From positions 79,360,001 to 79,424,000 of the forward strand of contig NC_042999.1 in NCBI RefSeq assembly GCF_006345805.1: a DNA stretch of 64,000 bases, given 5' to 3'. The translations under genes were made by a program, and so were the position numbers. Below the pieces are notes generated by a model. It saw nothing but the letters and a program-made list of their open reading frames with translations, made no database searches and was not told the origin of the DNA. This stretch comes from Octopus sinensis. Its lineage: Eukaryota. Shown one piece after another: positions 42,254 to 56,396 of the stretch (position 1 is the first letter of the stretch; the number at the start of each line of letters is the position of its first letter).

Positions 42254-42775
42254 AAAGTTGCTAGAGATGAAGATGAATAGAGCTATGTAAATAATATGTG
42301 AATGGATCCAGTCTTTATGCATTTGTATAACAAGTGTTACTCGCTCACACCGTGTAAACACACACTACCCTATGTATTTATACATAGACATACACACAAA
42401 TAAGTAAACCTATGCACCAAGAAACCGGCTGACTACGTACGTACATACACATGTACTCAAATAACAACTGACAAATATAAAGAAACGCAGACTTGCTCTC
42501 TCACACACACGTTGAAAGTATTACGATGAAACGAACATAGAGTGCTCAATACATAAAGTAGAGTAAAAACATTAATCATTCGTTAATGGCTGTTGATCTT
42601 GTATGTCGCTTACATGAGAATATAATGTAGAAATCAACAGAGGGAAATAAGACATTTGTAGTCGGAGCAGACGCTGCTTGCTCAGCACGTCCGAAGCAAC
42701 GGATACTACCGGTATCTTATATAATTACAAGTATATACATGCATATATAGACACACACACACACACACACACACA

Positions 42776-42806
<31 letters not shown>

Positions 42807-43908
42807 GATAGATAGATTGATAGATAGGTGAGCATGTGTATTTATGTATGTGTGAGTATACATACACACATACGCACGCATGTATATGTATATACATACA
42901 TGTAATATATATATATGTGTGTGTATGTGGGGTGGTAGTAGATAAACATATATAAATATATATATATATATATATACATATATATGTATATATATATATA
43001 TATGTGAATATAGATATATGAATGTATATATATGAATATATATATATATATATTTTCATATGTGTATGTATGTACACATATACGTATATGATTATATTTG
43101 TAAGTATTGTATGTATGTGTAAATTGAAACACAAACGCATACGTGCATATATAGAGTGCATACATATCATTTGTCAGAGGGCATAATACAGCCTGCATTT
43201 AACAATCTTCGATATTTACTATTGACATTACTGCAAGTATGAATTTTAACCATATATTTCAAACTGCCCACACCAATTGCCATATCATAAATATCATTCA
43301 TAAACAGAAATCGTTAATTAATTAGTCATTGAATAAATCAATGAACAAGCGATCTAATTAGTGCCATTCATACCAAATAAACAATCGATTAGTTGTGTTC
43401 TTTTAAGATGAGACCAATAAGGCTAAATAGCGAGGTAGAAAAGTTCATATCCAGGTCAGAACAATTGACGGCTCTACGATATTGTTTACAAACATCAAAT
43501 AAATGGTAGCGGAGTTTTAAAACGCACTTACTCATTGCTTTTAGTGTGTGTTTGTATGAAAAGGGGGAGGGGCCGTTGTGTTTGTTAGCAATTTCCTTTT
43601 GATGCATATCAAATTGATTAGTTTCCCTTTTGAACCTATACAATACGCGTGGGCCTGTCCAACACACACATTCATGCACATATACACACACACACAGACA
43701 CACACACACACACAGACACACACACATATATATACATCATACAAATATGTTTACATGTATGTCTGTGTGTATGTATATATATATATATACGCACATGTAT
43801 ATATATATATATATATAGATATAGACATATATATAATATGCATGTACATCTAACTAGCTACCTGTATATATATACATATATATGCATATACAACTAACTA
43901 TCTACCTG

Positions 43909-43964
<56 letters not shown>

Positions 43965-44541
43965 GTTTATACGTATATCTATAACCTATGCACATGCATA
44001 CACATATATAAAATAATACAAAGAGTGAAAGGGATAAAGAGAGAGATGGAGAGAATGGAACAGGGAGAGGGACGGCGAGGAAAGATTAAATGGCTTTAGA
44101 ACTCTTACACATAACATATTACTTACGAAAAAAAGCAAATGAGAGCAAACATGAGAAGAAAAATACAGAGCAAATAAATGCAAAAATACTAACTACCAAC
44201 CAGCGTTTATTCAAGGTTACATATTCTGTAAGTACCATTTCTAAGAGCGAACAATAAACCAAAGAGATTCGTTTTCTCTTTACCCAATGTTTCGGTCTTC
44301 TCCTCTGCCTACACCCAACCACCTATATTTGTTTGTGTTTCATGTAGCTTTGTCGGCTTTGCATGAATGTTTGTGTACACAAGGATTACTTTTGCGACAA
44401 AGAGATCGTGTGCGACTTAAAATGGATTTTGTTCAGACGGGATTTACATGTCGCTGGTTTTTCGTCAACTGAACGGTATTTTCACTCTGTGTTTGTGTGT
44501 GTGTGTGTATGTGTGTACATCCATGTATGTATGTACGGATG

Positions 44542-44577
<36 letters not shown>

Positions 44578-44613
44578 CACTGTACGTTATGTATCCGACT
44601 ATATAAGTCGATA

Positions 44614-44670
<57 letters not shown>

Positions 44671-44899
44671 ATATATATATAAGTTTTAAAATTTTAACAT
44701 CTCCATTTTTTAACATACTTGTTGAGTCTCTATGGGATACATTTTCATAAATTCTCATAACACACAATATACATGTAATAATTTCATATTTGCAAAAATC
44801 TTACGCAAGTAAGCAGAAGAATCTTTGTTAGAAATCGCCCTTTGGAATCCTCCAAAATAAAGGATGAAGTATAATTCAACCTCTCTCCATACACACACA

Positions 44900-45600
44900 T
44901 GTATATATAGTTAATGATAAAATCCTTATAAGATTTTATCAATAGCCAGCATGTAATGAAACCATATGGGTAACAATTAATACAAAATATCTAATTATAT
45001 AAATACAATTATAATAAGGGCGCTAATGAGTAGCGCCACATGCAAGAAATAGACGCCAAATGGTTCTAAGGACTAAAGTTATTTACCACATTGGTACGGG
45101 CTGAGAGCGAGGGAAATGAACAAGATCTATTTTTAAAAGGATTTAACCATAGACCAATTTCTAGTTTAGGGGTGTAACTCTCTTTACCGTCATGAGTATG
45201 GTAAAACTCAAAGTACATAATTATAAACATTTATACATATCCATACGAATATTACTTATCCACAAGCGCACATACAAATGTTCACATTTTTATATAAGCT
45301 AAATCTAATTCATCCACCACGTGCGTATACGAACAAAAATTAGTACCGGAATGAATATATTGGTCGAAGTAGTATATATTTATATATAATCAAGGATAAA
45401 ATCTTTATAAGATTTTATCAAGTAGCCAGCATGTAATAATAAAGTCTTATGTTGTCATTAAAAGAACGAAACAGGGAGTAATATCACAGTCGACAACTGA
45501 CGAGGGGTTAAAATCTTTTGGTATTTTGCCCGTACTTATCCCGCGTTGTGTGCTTACGTATTTTTCACTCGTTGGTGTCGTCCTGACTTAATGTGTATTT
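44900..45600. mobile_element. Probable Penelope-like pLTR fragments
   Basis: A ~42-bp direct repeat (44916-44957 vs 45395-45437), a caaCTGACGAgggg core at 45497, and flanking (TA)n; the assignment to PLEs is inference. Confidence 0.3.
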
Positions 45601-45610
45601 TTCATTTATA

Positions 45611-45694
<84 letters not shown>

Positions 45695-45696
<2 letters not shown>

Positions 45697-46005
45697 ATCC
45701 CAACGCATAAATACACTGCAACACAACTTCTTTTCCTCAACAGACCCTGCCCTATTTAACATTGGCCCAAAACAGATCAAAGAGGAAAAGGATCCCATCA
45801 CCTTTAAACGGAATCTGGACAAATTTCTTCAAGGAATACCCGATAAGCCACCTAAACCTAGATACAACTCACTCAACAAGAACTCCATACTCGGGTGGAC
45901 CATGATACCACGAAACTTGACATTAAAAGAATTTAGATAATCCTATCAGGTGGTGCTATTAAGTTAGACATAGCCTGGACCAATCTTTGGTCGAAACATA
46001 TCAAA
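45695..46005 (+). mobile_element. CR1-group LINE 3' end (ORF2 C-terminus plus UTR)
   Basis: HNFFSSTDPALFNIGPKQIKEEKDPITFKRNLDKFLQGIPDKPP...NKNSILGW, homologous to YFTSTGPSLFNTIPK at about 1940-1980; begins directly after (TA)n. Confidence 0.8.
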
Positions 46006-46624
46006 TTCATTATTTAAGTTGTATATATATATATATAGACATAGATGGATAAATAGATAGATAGGTAGATAGATATAGATAAATGTATAGAAAGATAGAT
46101 AGATTAAATAAGTAGATAGATATAGATATGTAAATAGATAGATAAATAGATACATAGAGATAAATATATATAGATAGGTAGATAGATGTGTATGATCAAA
46201 TTTATGTATATATATTTATATAGATAAGTGTGCAGGTCTTTGCGTATTCATGTCAATATGTACAATCGTATTTCTTTCTCCCTCACCTTACGCTCACAAC
46301 TACATAATACTTTAGATGGAAGTAGCTCTTTTTTGTTTTTATCCCTTATGGTTGTATTTATTTAGACAAATCCACACGGTGTTGCTAAAACAGTTTGTTA
46401 CCGTAAATGGAGCACCCTGCTCAAAGAAGCACTTAACAGGACACGATACCAAAATAACAATTACTGTAACAACAACAGCAATTAGTACACCACGAAATGA
46501 AGGTGATGCTGATGGTGATGATGATGATATAATGGTGATGATTATGATGATTATGATGATTATGATGATGGCGAGGATGATGATAGTGCTGCTGCTGCTA
46601 CTTCTACTACTACTTATACTAATG

Positions 46625-46672
<48 letters not shown>

Positions 46673-49344
46673 ATAATAATAATAATAATAATAATAACAA
46701 GAAGAAGAAGATGAAGAAGAAGGAGGAGGAGGAGGAGGAGAAGAAGAAGAAGAAGAAGAAGAAGAAGAAAGACAGACCTGGCCTAAATAATCATGTAGAC
46801 CAGCACCAAACAAACTATCTGGAAAGAATAAATTCACTCCAAAAACATAGAGACAAAATGTAAAAACATCTTCGTAACAAATTTGATGAGAAGGATTTTT
46901 TAACGAATACCAAAAAAGAAATATGTATATGAACACACACACACACGCACACACACCACACACACACACACAAACGAGTTATTAATGTCACATGAAGTAT
47001 AATCTTTTCTACTCATGATGTCTCGTCTCAACGAGGCATGTGCGAATAACGAGACTAACGCCAGAAACTATGACGAGATCAGTAAACACTGAGGGAACGA
47101 CGAGAATAAGTATGTAAATTAATTACGTACATATTTTAAGTATTTATACGATTACGTATGCAATCTAATGGGTATACAACTACAGAAATAATGCCTACAC
47201 AACACACACACACAGGCGCGCACATACGGAAACATATGACGCAAGCGAGGTAAAAAAAAAAGTCTTCTTAGAACAAACACAAAAGGTGTTAATAATTTAC
47301 ACATCAGTCTTCAAAAGCAACACCACTAAAGAATTACTCCCGGAGAGAAAGCTAATAATACATATATAAAAGAAAGAAAAAAAAATGTGGCGATATTCGA
47401 ACTGTAAACCTCATGCAATCACATTACGAAAATCGTCTTCATATGAGATAGACTAAACTGACAGAACTCCCTGCTAATGTGAATGATCAAACGAAACGTA
47501 AGACAATGCTAGACATATGACGACTATATTGAAGTGATTGAGTGATTCTACACAGCAACACTCTGCCCCAAACGTAGAAGTATCATAAAAGAGAGATATG
47601 AACTAAGGAGGGAAAAAACATAGATTTCAAACTTGAAAATATGGGAAGGTTAATTTTAAGTGAGACTAAAGTACCCCAAATCAAAATAGACAAACTTATA
47701 GAGAGGATACTTACTGAAACTAAAACCGAACATAAAGCAATGAGCTACAAATAAGCGAAAATTGCACAGAACCTACCTTTTCCTTCCCCCATACACATAA
47801 AACCCCGTGAAGAGAAATAAAAGAATATAACAGAGACAAGCACACATGCAATAAATGAGAAGCCGAACGAAAGTTAACTAGCAACAGAGCTGTTCTTACA
47901 AGACGTGAATGATACATTGTAGGAAAGCAGAAACACAGAGGAACAAAGCGAGAAACAACACAAAAATTAGAGAACATAGAAACAGACAACAAAACACACA
48001 GGTACATGCAAAGTATACTCTCAGCCTTACACCCGACAAAATGTATAACAGCATATATCACGACAGGTCTACAAGAACTGTTTTTGAGGACCACCTGATT
48101 GAAGCAAAAAGCAATGCAAGTGAGGATCAAAATCAATATACAAGAATCAGTGTTTCCACCTCTGTAAACTACAAAGGACTAAACATTTGTAGGAAAGAAT
48201 AAATAAATAAAACAAAAAGTAAGAGTAAGTAATATGTGCATACTGGAATACTTTCTCGGAGAATAAATGTAAATCAATCAACGCCAAAAGAGCTTCACAT
48301 TGTACATAATTGGTAAAATATTAATTCAAATGTAATTTAAACAAACTTCAAAGTTTAGCGTGCTAAAAAAGCAGCGATCATATAGTTATTATTGCAAGGT
48401 TTATAGCGTTCCAAACAGTCATACCAACAAGATCACTTCTTAATTTTATAAAAAATATACCGGTATATTAAAAGATTTTCATTTTATCAAAAATAAACCT
48501 CAAACATACAATAATATATCTTTTTGATATACTAATGTTAAAATCAATTTGATGTTCGATATATTGAAATACAATTAATGAAAATATTACCACAGACGAT
48601 CTAACTATGTATAGAAGATCAAAATAGAAAATTTACTAGCAGAAAGTCCGCCCGGAGGACGGTCTTTCTGCTAGTCAAACCTGGAGTGTGTATGTGTTTA
48701 TATTATAGAAGAGACACAGTGAGACTGTGCATGTGTGTAAAAGTTTTTGTATTTATTGTTTTTCACTGCTTGATGCGTTTGTTTTTATTACGTCAACGCA
48801 AGTTTAACAAAAGGAAACCAATAGAGACAGTGAGTGAGTGAGTGAGTGAGTGAGTGAGAGAGAGAGAGGACAGAATATTGCAAGCAATGAATGAAATAAA
48901 TATGAAATGAAAAATCGTATAAATAAAAGCTTGTACCGAATATCTAAATTTGCGAACTTGGAATATTCAATAATAAAAGTAAGTTTAGAAAGTAAATTTT
49001 CCTGAAAACTTCAATTTAGAAAAAAATCTCGATTACTTAGTAAATATTTCTTTCAGCAATTTATCGTAGTTGTAATATATCTTCAATTTAAACTAACTTT
49101 AAAATTTAGCATGCTAGAAAGTTATAAGTTAATACTAAGCCCCAACTTAATCAAGTAATGCGCTTTTAATATTAATGAATGATTTATACTGCAGTTATGG
49201 AAGTATGCATATATTACTATTTGTTCTGTTGTATTTTATTACTTTTAGGAAAAACACCGCACATTTACAAATCATATGTGTATCGATATAAAGTCAACTT
49301 ACACTACTAAGGTACTGCTTCATAGTACGGTTTCTGGTATATTT

Positions 49345-49395
<51 letters not shown>

Positions 49396-49654
49396 GAAAC
49401 CTCATGGCATACTCAGATTGTTGAAAAAATAGATAATAGCGCCCCTGGAAGGGGTCCTTATATATCTAATATATTTCATTTTAACAGCCAAGGGAAATAA
49501 CCTAATCATTTTCCTAAATCATTGGGTATAAATCAAATGCATTAGAGCACTTTAGCTCTTATTTCTAGCAATATGAGTATTGCAACACCCTTCCTCAGAT
49601 TTAATGACAATTATTGTTTTCCGATATTCTTTTATTCCATTATTCTTATACCTG

Positions 49655-49853
49655 TTTCAGTCATTTTGACTGCAGCCATGCAGGAGCACCGCCTTTAGTC
49701 GATCAAATCGATCCAAAGACTTATTCTTTGTAAGCCCAGTACTAATGTTATCAGTCTCTTTTACCGAACCGCTAAGTTACGTGGACGTAACCAAACCACA
49801 CCTGCCCAAGGTGCCACGCAGTGGGACTGAACCTGGAAGCATGTGGTTGCACC

Positions 49854-49855
<2 letters not shown>
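49655..49855 (-). mobile_element. SINE family B, internally deleted
   Basis: The 3' body (tttcagtcattttgactgcagccatgc...gaaccgctaagttac) is joined directly to the head (cccaaggtgccacgcagtgggactgaacc). Confidence 0.8.
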
Positions 49856-49885
<30 letters not shown>

Positions 49886-50276
49886 AGGATAAAGATAGAT
49901 AGATAGATAGACAGATAGGCAGACAGACAGACAGATATCCTTCCCTGTCTACCTGTGCATCTCTGTCCATATTTGTGAGTACGTGTGGGTGCGTGTATGC
50001 GTGGGTGTGCGCATGGGTATGAATATTTGCATTTATTTTGTGTGTATTCACTTTACCGATACGTGATGTTTCGTTGTTTTTGTCCCACCGTGCAGACACA
50101 TCGTCTGACGAACAAGAACAACAAACTAACGAGAGAGAGGACAGAGACAAGAATACGTGCAACTAGTTCGACATCAACAATGGGGCGAAGATGGTGGAGG
50201 AGTGGGAAGCGAGGTGGTATAAGAGGAAGGTCATAGAGAAAGTAGCAAAGGTATAGTAATAATAATAATGATGCTG

Positions 50277-50354
<78 letters not shown>

Positions 50355-50377
50355 TAACAATAATAATAATAATAATA

Positions 50378-50934
50378 AATTGCCTGATGCAGTACAGGCA
50401 GGCAGTGGCTCTCATGGCTTCTGATCTTAACTGATTGAAAGTGTTATCATGTACATTGTTTTGTCTTGGTATAAAAGATGGGTACAGCAAAATATTCTGC
50501 TCAATAACCACAGATTTGCTTGTCAGTTGTTTGACCATAACCAGTTGTGAGCATGTCCCTTAGTGGCTGACGATATGTGCATCTCTGATCACGAGCAGAA
50601 GTAGTGGGGGAGCATCATAGCCATGTGTGAGAGGGATTCTTGGGGTTTGAATAGTTCACCTCTGGAAACATGGGTGGTTCTTTCAACATCCTTAAACAAC
50701 CCTTATTCAGGGACCGTTTGAGCGGGATGGGCTACTCAACCTGAAGAAAATTCTAACTGGGCCCCACTGCAAGGTCATGTGCTGTTTATCTTGATATGAG
50801 ATCACCATGTCGCGCACATATGGTTGTGATGCATGTGCCTGGTGTACTTTATCAGACGGGTAGTCATGATGGGTATATTGGGCTTCGTATATTTTACCCA
50901 GTGTCATTTGATGGCATGAACTGCTCTCTCACTC
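50378..50934 (+). mobile_element. About 557-bp non-coding repeat embedded in (AAT)n; probable 3' UTR or derivative of a TAA-targeting non-LTR element
   Basis: GC-richer unique block with no ORF, flanked immediately by (AAT)n on both sides; family identity is inference. Confidence 0.5.
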
Positions 50935-50967
<33 letters not shown>

Positions 50968-50980
50968 TAATAATAATAAC

Positions 50981-51011
<31 letters not shown>

Positions 51012-52819
51012 TAATAATAATATAATAATAATAATAATAATAGGGAATGCATACAATGCCCTTCTCTGCCCTAGGTGTATGGAAAACACTCGGCGAGAAA
51101 CGGAAGAAAATTTGAAGAAAGAAGGAAAAAACATAATAATAATATTGCTGTTGCTACTGATGATGATTTGTTTTATTTAATACAGGGATATCAAATGGAT
51201 GTGATATAAAGAATAAGCTAGGATGTGTGTGTGTGTGTATGAGGGGGAAGGTGGTTACATAAAATGAAGCGATGAGCTAAAAGGAGGGAAATACGAAAAG
51301 CATAAATATTTTATATAAATATATGGCTGATTTCTCTTGATTGAAGACAGCTTCCGACTTTAGGCAATCAAATAACGATACTTGGGTCTTAATTATTGTC
51401 ATAGGGAATTTTCAAGGAAATGTTACAAAAGAATCCTGCAGGTTTACATATAAAAAAGAATGAATGAATGAATAAGTAGATAAATAAACAATATTATGTA
51501 CAAATGTGATAGTTCTCAGGGTGAAGGGCCGTAATTAAGAAACTCACAGAATCAAAATGTAGATAATATTTTGATCTCTTTGATAGACTGAACTGGCAGT
51601 TGGATCTTTCTTACACGTAAAACCATTAATCTGTTCGATATAACGCTGCAAGTCAGAAGTGCTCGGACACTGAATATGTATCAGTAGAGAACTGCTTCAT
51701 GACTCTGCGTCTATGTGGAACAGGCGTAGCTGTAAGCTCCACTATGCCTGTACATTATATTAGAAACCAGACCATTAATTATATCTCTGCTCGATCAGAG
51801 ATTTCTGATAGTTATCCCTAGTCGCTTGACTGAGCGTTCTCTGGAACATGCAGCTCAGTTTATCCTCGATGACTCATAGAGTAACTCTAAAACATTGATG
51901 CTCTAGACCTCCAACAACCCTTCGTAGAACGTAATAGAAAGATCTAAGAGAGATTGGGATGCTATTTCTAGCCGCCATATTAACTCCGATGTAATAACCC
52001 GGAAATAAAGAAAAGGAATGGAGATCGATGATATACTAGTTTTACTACCTCCTTCCAGCTATCATAAACAACATTCTGCCATAGTTACAATAGTCGTAAC
52101 CATAGCACCCAAAATAGCTTTAGCTTCTTGTTCTTGTATTTCATCAATTTCCTTTGATCTATTATTAAAAAAATACCACTGCTTAAAGAAAAATAAATAA
52201 TTGATCCCCTTAATTTTGGTGGACAAACATTGTATAATCAATAAAGATATTAATTGTTCTATGGATTAAGGGATAAACAGATTTCACTGTACCTAAATGG
52301 GGAGTATTTCCATATTAGTCCATACGGGCATTAAAATACTAAAAAAAGATACAAAAACAAAAGGTAACAAAGCCATCCTATGATAAATCAGTTTTGCATT
52401 GTTTGGATTGCTTACTTGTTACATTTTCTGCTTTAATTCATTTGTACTTATTTCTCTTGCTCTCCATATACATAAATTTATTGAAGTTACGTGCCCTAGA
52501 GTTTATGGTATTGAACTCATGATTATACAGTCAAGGGCTCCCTCCTGGACCGAGCGTATTTCACTTTGCTTTAATGTATTCAACTGACAACAAGTAGTAG
52601 CCTAGTGATGGTGCAGACATCCACCTCCGCCCTCTTTAGATGTCACATCTCCGATGTTTGGGATCGATGAAAGGGAAGGCTGTTTAAGTCTGCTCTCTAC
52701 TATATAAACATCTAATGCAATTGGTTATAGCATGGTGAACTCTACCAAACTTGCGAGAGGCAGCCATCACACACACGCACACAAAAACACACACACACAT
52801 ATATATATATACGTACATG

Positions 52820-52946
<127 letters not shown>

Positions 52947-54070
52947 CGCTCCATATTTTCTCCAAAATGTCTAAAACTCTTTCCTCCCACCACTGCCATC
53001 ATCAGTATCATGACCACCACCAAGCCAACCACTAGCAAACCCACCACCAGCACCACCGCCGCCATTATCTCCACCACCATCTCCCCTCCCACCAAACCTC
53101 ACGAAATACAATTCTTTTGTCACACAATGACGTCTACTCTTACAAATGTACAAATATTGACGTATGTTGATACCTCCATCAATTGTGTTATACACACATA
53201 CTTGTGTATGTGTGTGTATAAGCTTACACATGCGCACATACACACACCATCTCGAGAAACACGCACACGTATACAAGATGCGAGTTACTGACATCAGCAT
53301 TCAATCCATACAGTTGATGATGTACATCTACATGTAATCCATCACTGTTTTTCTTATTATTTAATTCCAGCATGCTCTGACCTTAACCCTCTCTTTCCCT
53401 GCAGATTCCCAGCCTCCCTCATTTAATCTTCATCTACCTATTTCTTTTAAACCGATACAGATATTTACACGAAATATTGATTTCTGACATTGCTATATTG
53501 AACTTATCTCCTTATAGATGCTTTATATTGGAAAGAGCTAGAGCTGATTTGAACGACAGCAGTATATTACTGACAGCCAGTGTATCCACAATCGTGGAGA
53601 GTTGAACGAAATGCACTGTCAAGGCGAGATTTCAGTATAATCCTAGAATAGCGACGTCAGCTATATCTGGAGAAACCTTGTCTCTCACACAAACAATTAT
53701 CATTTAATTTTTCATATAAAAATATCTTGTCTTTCAGCGTTGTGGCAAAAAGCCAACAAGTTTTATGGTGATGCGTATAGGCGATTGCCAATACCTTCAA
53801 TTTATAACAGGTATTGAAAGGCTAATTGGGAATCAATGCTATTTAAACTCTTTTTGCAAACTGACTAATCTGAATACCACAAATTATAATGATTATATAC
53901 TAAAATCATGGTGGAGGACTCTGAAATCCTAACGGTGTCACAGTGATGCCATAGTAGTATACGGAACATCTTGGGCATCTTAAGATTAATCTCTCTCCAG
54001 ATTTAATCACAGCCGATTTCTTAGAGACAGGTAGAGATAAAGATAGAAAAAGTAGCGTTACTTCCTCTCT

Positions 54071-54135
<65 letters not shown>

Positions 54136-54496
54136 TTCTCACTTTCTTTCCCGTAGTTCCAAAATTAATTCAAATTTAGGAAACTCACTAAATTCACTTC
54201 GTCTGGTGTGTGCATTTTAGAAATCCATATTGGCAAAATCAGTAAGGTGCTGTCTGAAACAAGTGTTGCCTTGCTATGTTCCGAATTCAAATCCTATTAG
54301 GTTTAGAATTGGCATCTGAATGTTTCTAGATCAGGGATCGATAAAATAGATGCTACTAGCAAGATTTTAGATCTTTGTGACCAGTGTTTTTTTTTGTATT
54401 ATTTTTCTTTAAAACTCATCATCATTGGAACCAATGGGTCTCGAAATTAGACGGAATGAAAGTTTTGTCCATCACATTTACATTCCTATTTCCTTT

Positions 54497-54853
54497 CTAC
54501 TATAGGCACAAGGCCTGAAATTTGGGGGAGGGGGCTAGTCGATTATATCGACCCCAGTACATAACTGGTACCTAATTTATCGACCCTGACAGAATGAAAT
54601 GCAAAGTCGACTTCGGTGGAATTTGAACTCAGAACGTAGCGGCAGACGAAATACCTATTTCTTTACTACCCACAAGGGGCTAAACACAGAGAGGACAAAC
54701 AAGGACAGATAAAGGGATTAAGTCGATTATATCAACCCCAGTGTGTAACTGGTACTTATTTAATCGACACCGAAAGGATGAAAGGCAAAGTCGACCTCGG
54801 CGGAATTTGAACTCAGAACGTAGCGGCAGACGAAATACCGCTAAGCATTTCGC
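54497..54853 (-). mobile_element. SINE family A variant with internal duplication and insert
   Basis: Two tandem family A bodies (about 54497-54655 and 54720-54853) separated by a ~60-bp insert. Confidence 0.85.
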
Positions 54854-54914
54854 TCAACTAATCGCTTTTTTTTACATTCCTATACCGTTATAATCATTAT
54901 CATCATTTGTTACC

Positions 54915-55130
54915 AAGGCGGCGAGCTGGCAGAAACGTTAGCACGCCGGGCGAAATGCTTAGCGGTATTTCGTCTGCCATTACGTTCTGAGTTCAAATTC
55001 CGCCGAGGTCGACTTTGCCTTTCATCCTTTCGGGGTCGATTAAATAAGTACCAGTTACGCACTGGCATCTATGTAATCGACTTATTCCCCCCACAAATGT
55101 CAGGCCTTTGTGTCTATAGTAGAAAGGATT
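54915..55130 (+). mobile_element. tRNA-derived SINE family A, full length and young
   Basis: aaggcggcgagctggcagaaacgttagcacgccgggcg (A-box-like) ... gttctgagttcaaattccgcc (B-box-like) ... tcaggcctttgtgtctatagtagaaaggatt. Confidence 0.9.
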
Positions 55131-55762
55131 GTTATCATCTGTCACCATATTCTTTATCAACAAATCTGTAAGCCAATGAAGGATCCTCTTATATACGATC
55201 GATCGATCTGCTGTAAAAAACCAACCAAATTTGCATCAAATAATATATTACTTAACCAATGTCGTCTCAAGGTGGATGTTGTGGCGATGGTCACGACATC
55301 ACTTGTGAGAATAGACTGACCGAACGACTATGAATAGTAGCAGACTGAGTGAGGCAGGTACAGAGTGGGCGTTAATGGCGAGAAATCGTTAGGTGTCGTT
55401 TTGGTAGTTTGTCGGAATATCGTTTGTTGGTTCGTTATAGTTCGTGGAGAGCTTGTTGGGTTGTTACGTTGTTGTTACCCGGCTTCGTCACATATTTTAT
55501 TGCTACTACACGGTTATAGTGTAAAGTCTCATCATAACAATTGGCAATACAACAGAGGGCCTCATCTAACTGTAAAGGTTTAGAGGCATAAAAATGTCAG
55601 AATGATCAGGAATGGAACGGCCTTGATTATAGGCCCATCTCATCAAAGCTAGCTTGAAGCTAAACGACATGGTCAAATCTATTTAGAGACAGTTTTGTTT
55701 TCGTTTTCTTGTGATTTTTTCATGTATATTTCAATATATCTTTTGTTGTATGTACATACATT

Positions 55763-55803
<41 letters not shown>

Positions 55804-55812
55804 CACACACAC

Positions 55813-55845
<33 letters not shown>

Positions 55846-56288
55846 CACATACACACACACACACACACGTACGCACGCATATGCTGTACCTTGTGCAGTA
55901 AAGCATTACTTGACATTACGCAGGTACATTTGATCTGTACACATCAATGAGGAGACCCCTGTTCCATGTGAGTCACTATCAACAAACATTCACGTTCTCA
56001 CTGCAAACAGTTAAACATGATTCGCTTTAAACTCTCACGTTCAACAGTTTGTTTCGAATAGAGACGAGCGGTTGTCATTAGCGAATCAACAAACGATAAT
56101 GATGTGAGCTAACCAAGTCCCCCCCCTCTCTCTCTCTCTTTGTATGCTTATGCGTATTTATGATTGCATGTAGTTGTGCGAGATGTATGTATGCGTTTAT
56201 TTGTAAGCCATGTGTCTAACGGTGTATAAATAAATCTTTGAGTATGCATTTGTAGTTTATAGTATATGTATTCATGCATATATGTGTG

Positions 56289-56292
<4 letters not shown>

Positions 56293-56368
<76 letters not shown>

Positions 56369-56396
56369 CAGAGAGAGACAGAGAGAGAGAGAGTGA
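56293..56396. repeat. (GA)n microsatellite
   Basis: Direct tandem repeat. Confidence 0.95.

Noticed and set aside
47400-48202. 97-aa plus-strand and 138-aa minus-strand ORFs in A-rich complex DNA
   Set aside because: No recognisable motif or splice signals; probably decayed TE sequence that I cannot assign.
52290-52335. Strong minus-strand acceptor/donor pair around 46 nt
   Set aside because: All three frames contain stops, so it is not a coding exon; a poison or non-coding exon cannot be shown from sequence alone.
53906-54142. 78-aa ORF ending ...RCPRCSVYYYG...
   Set aside because: The N-terminus is a (GA)n translation, the acceptor is AAG, and no homology is recognised.
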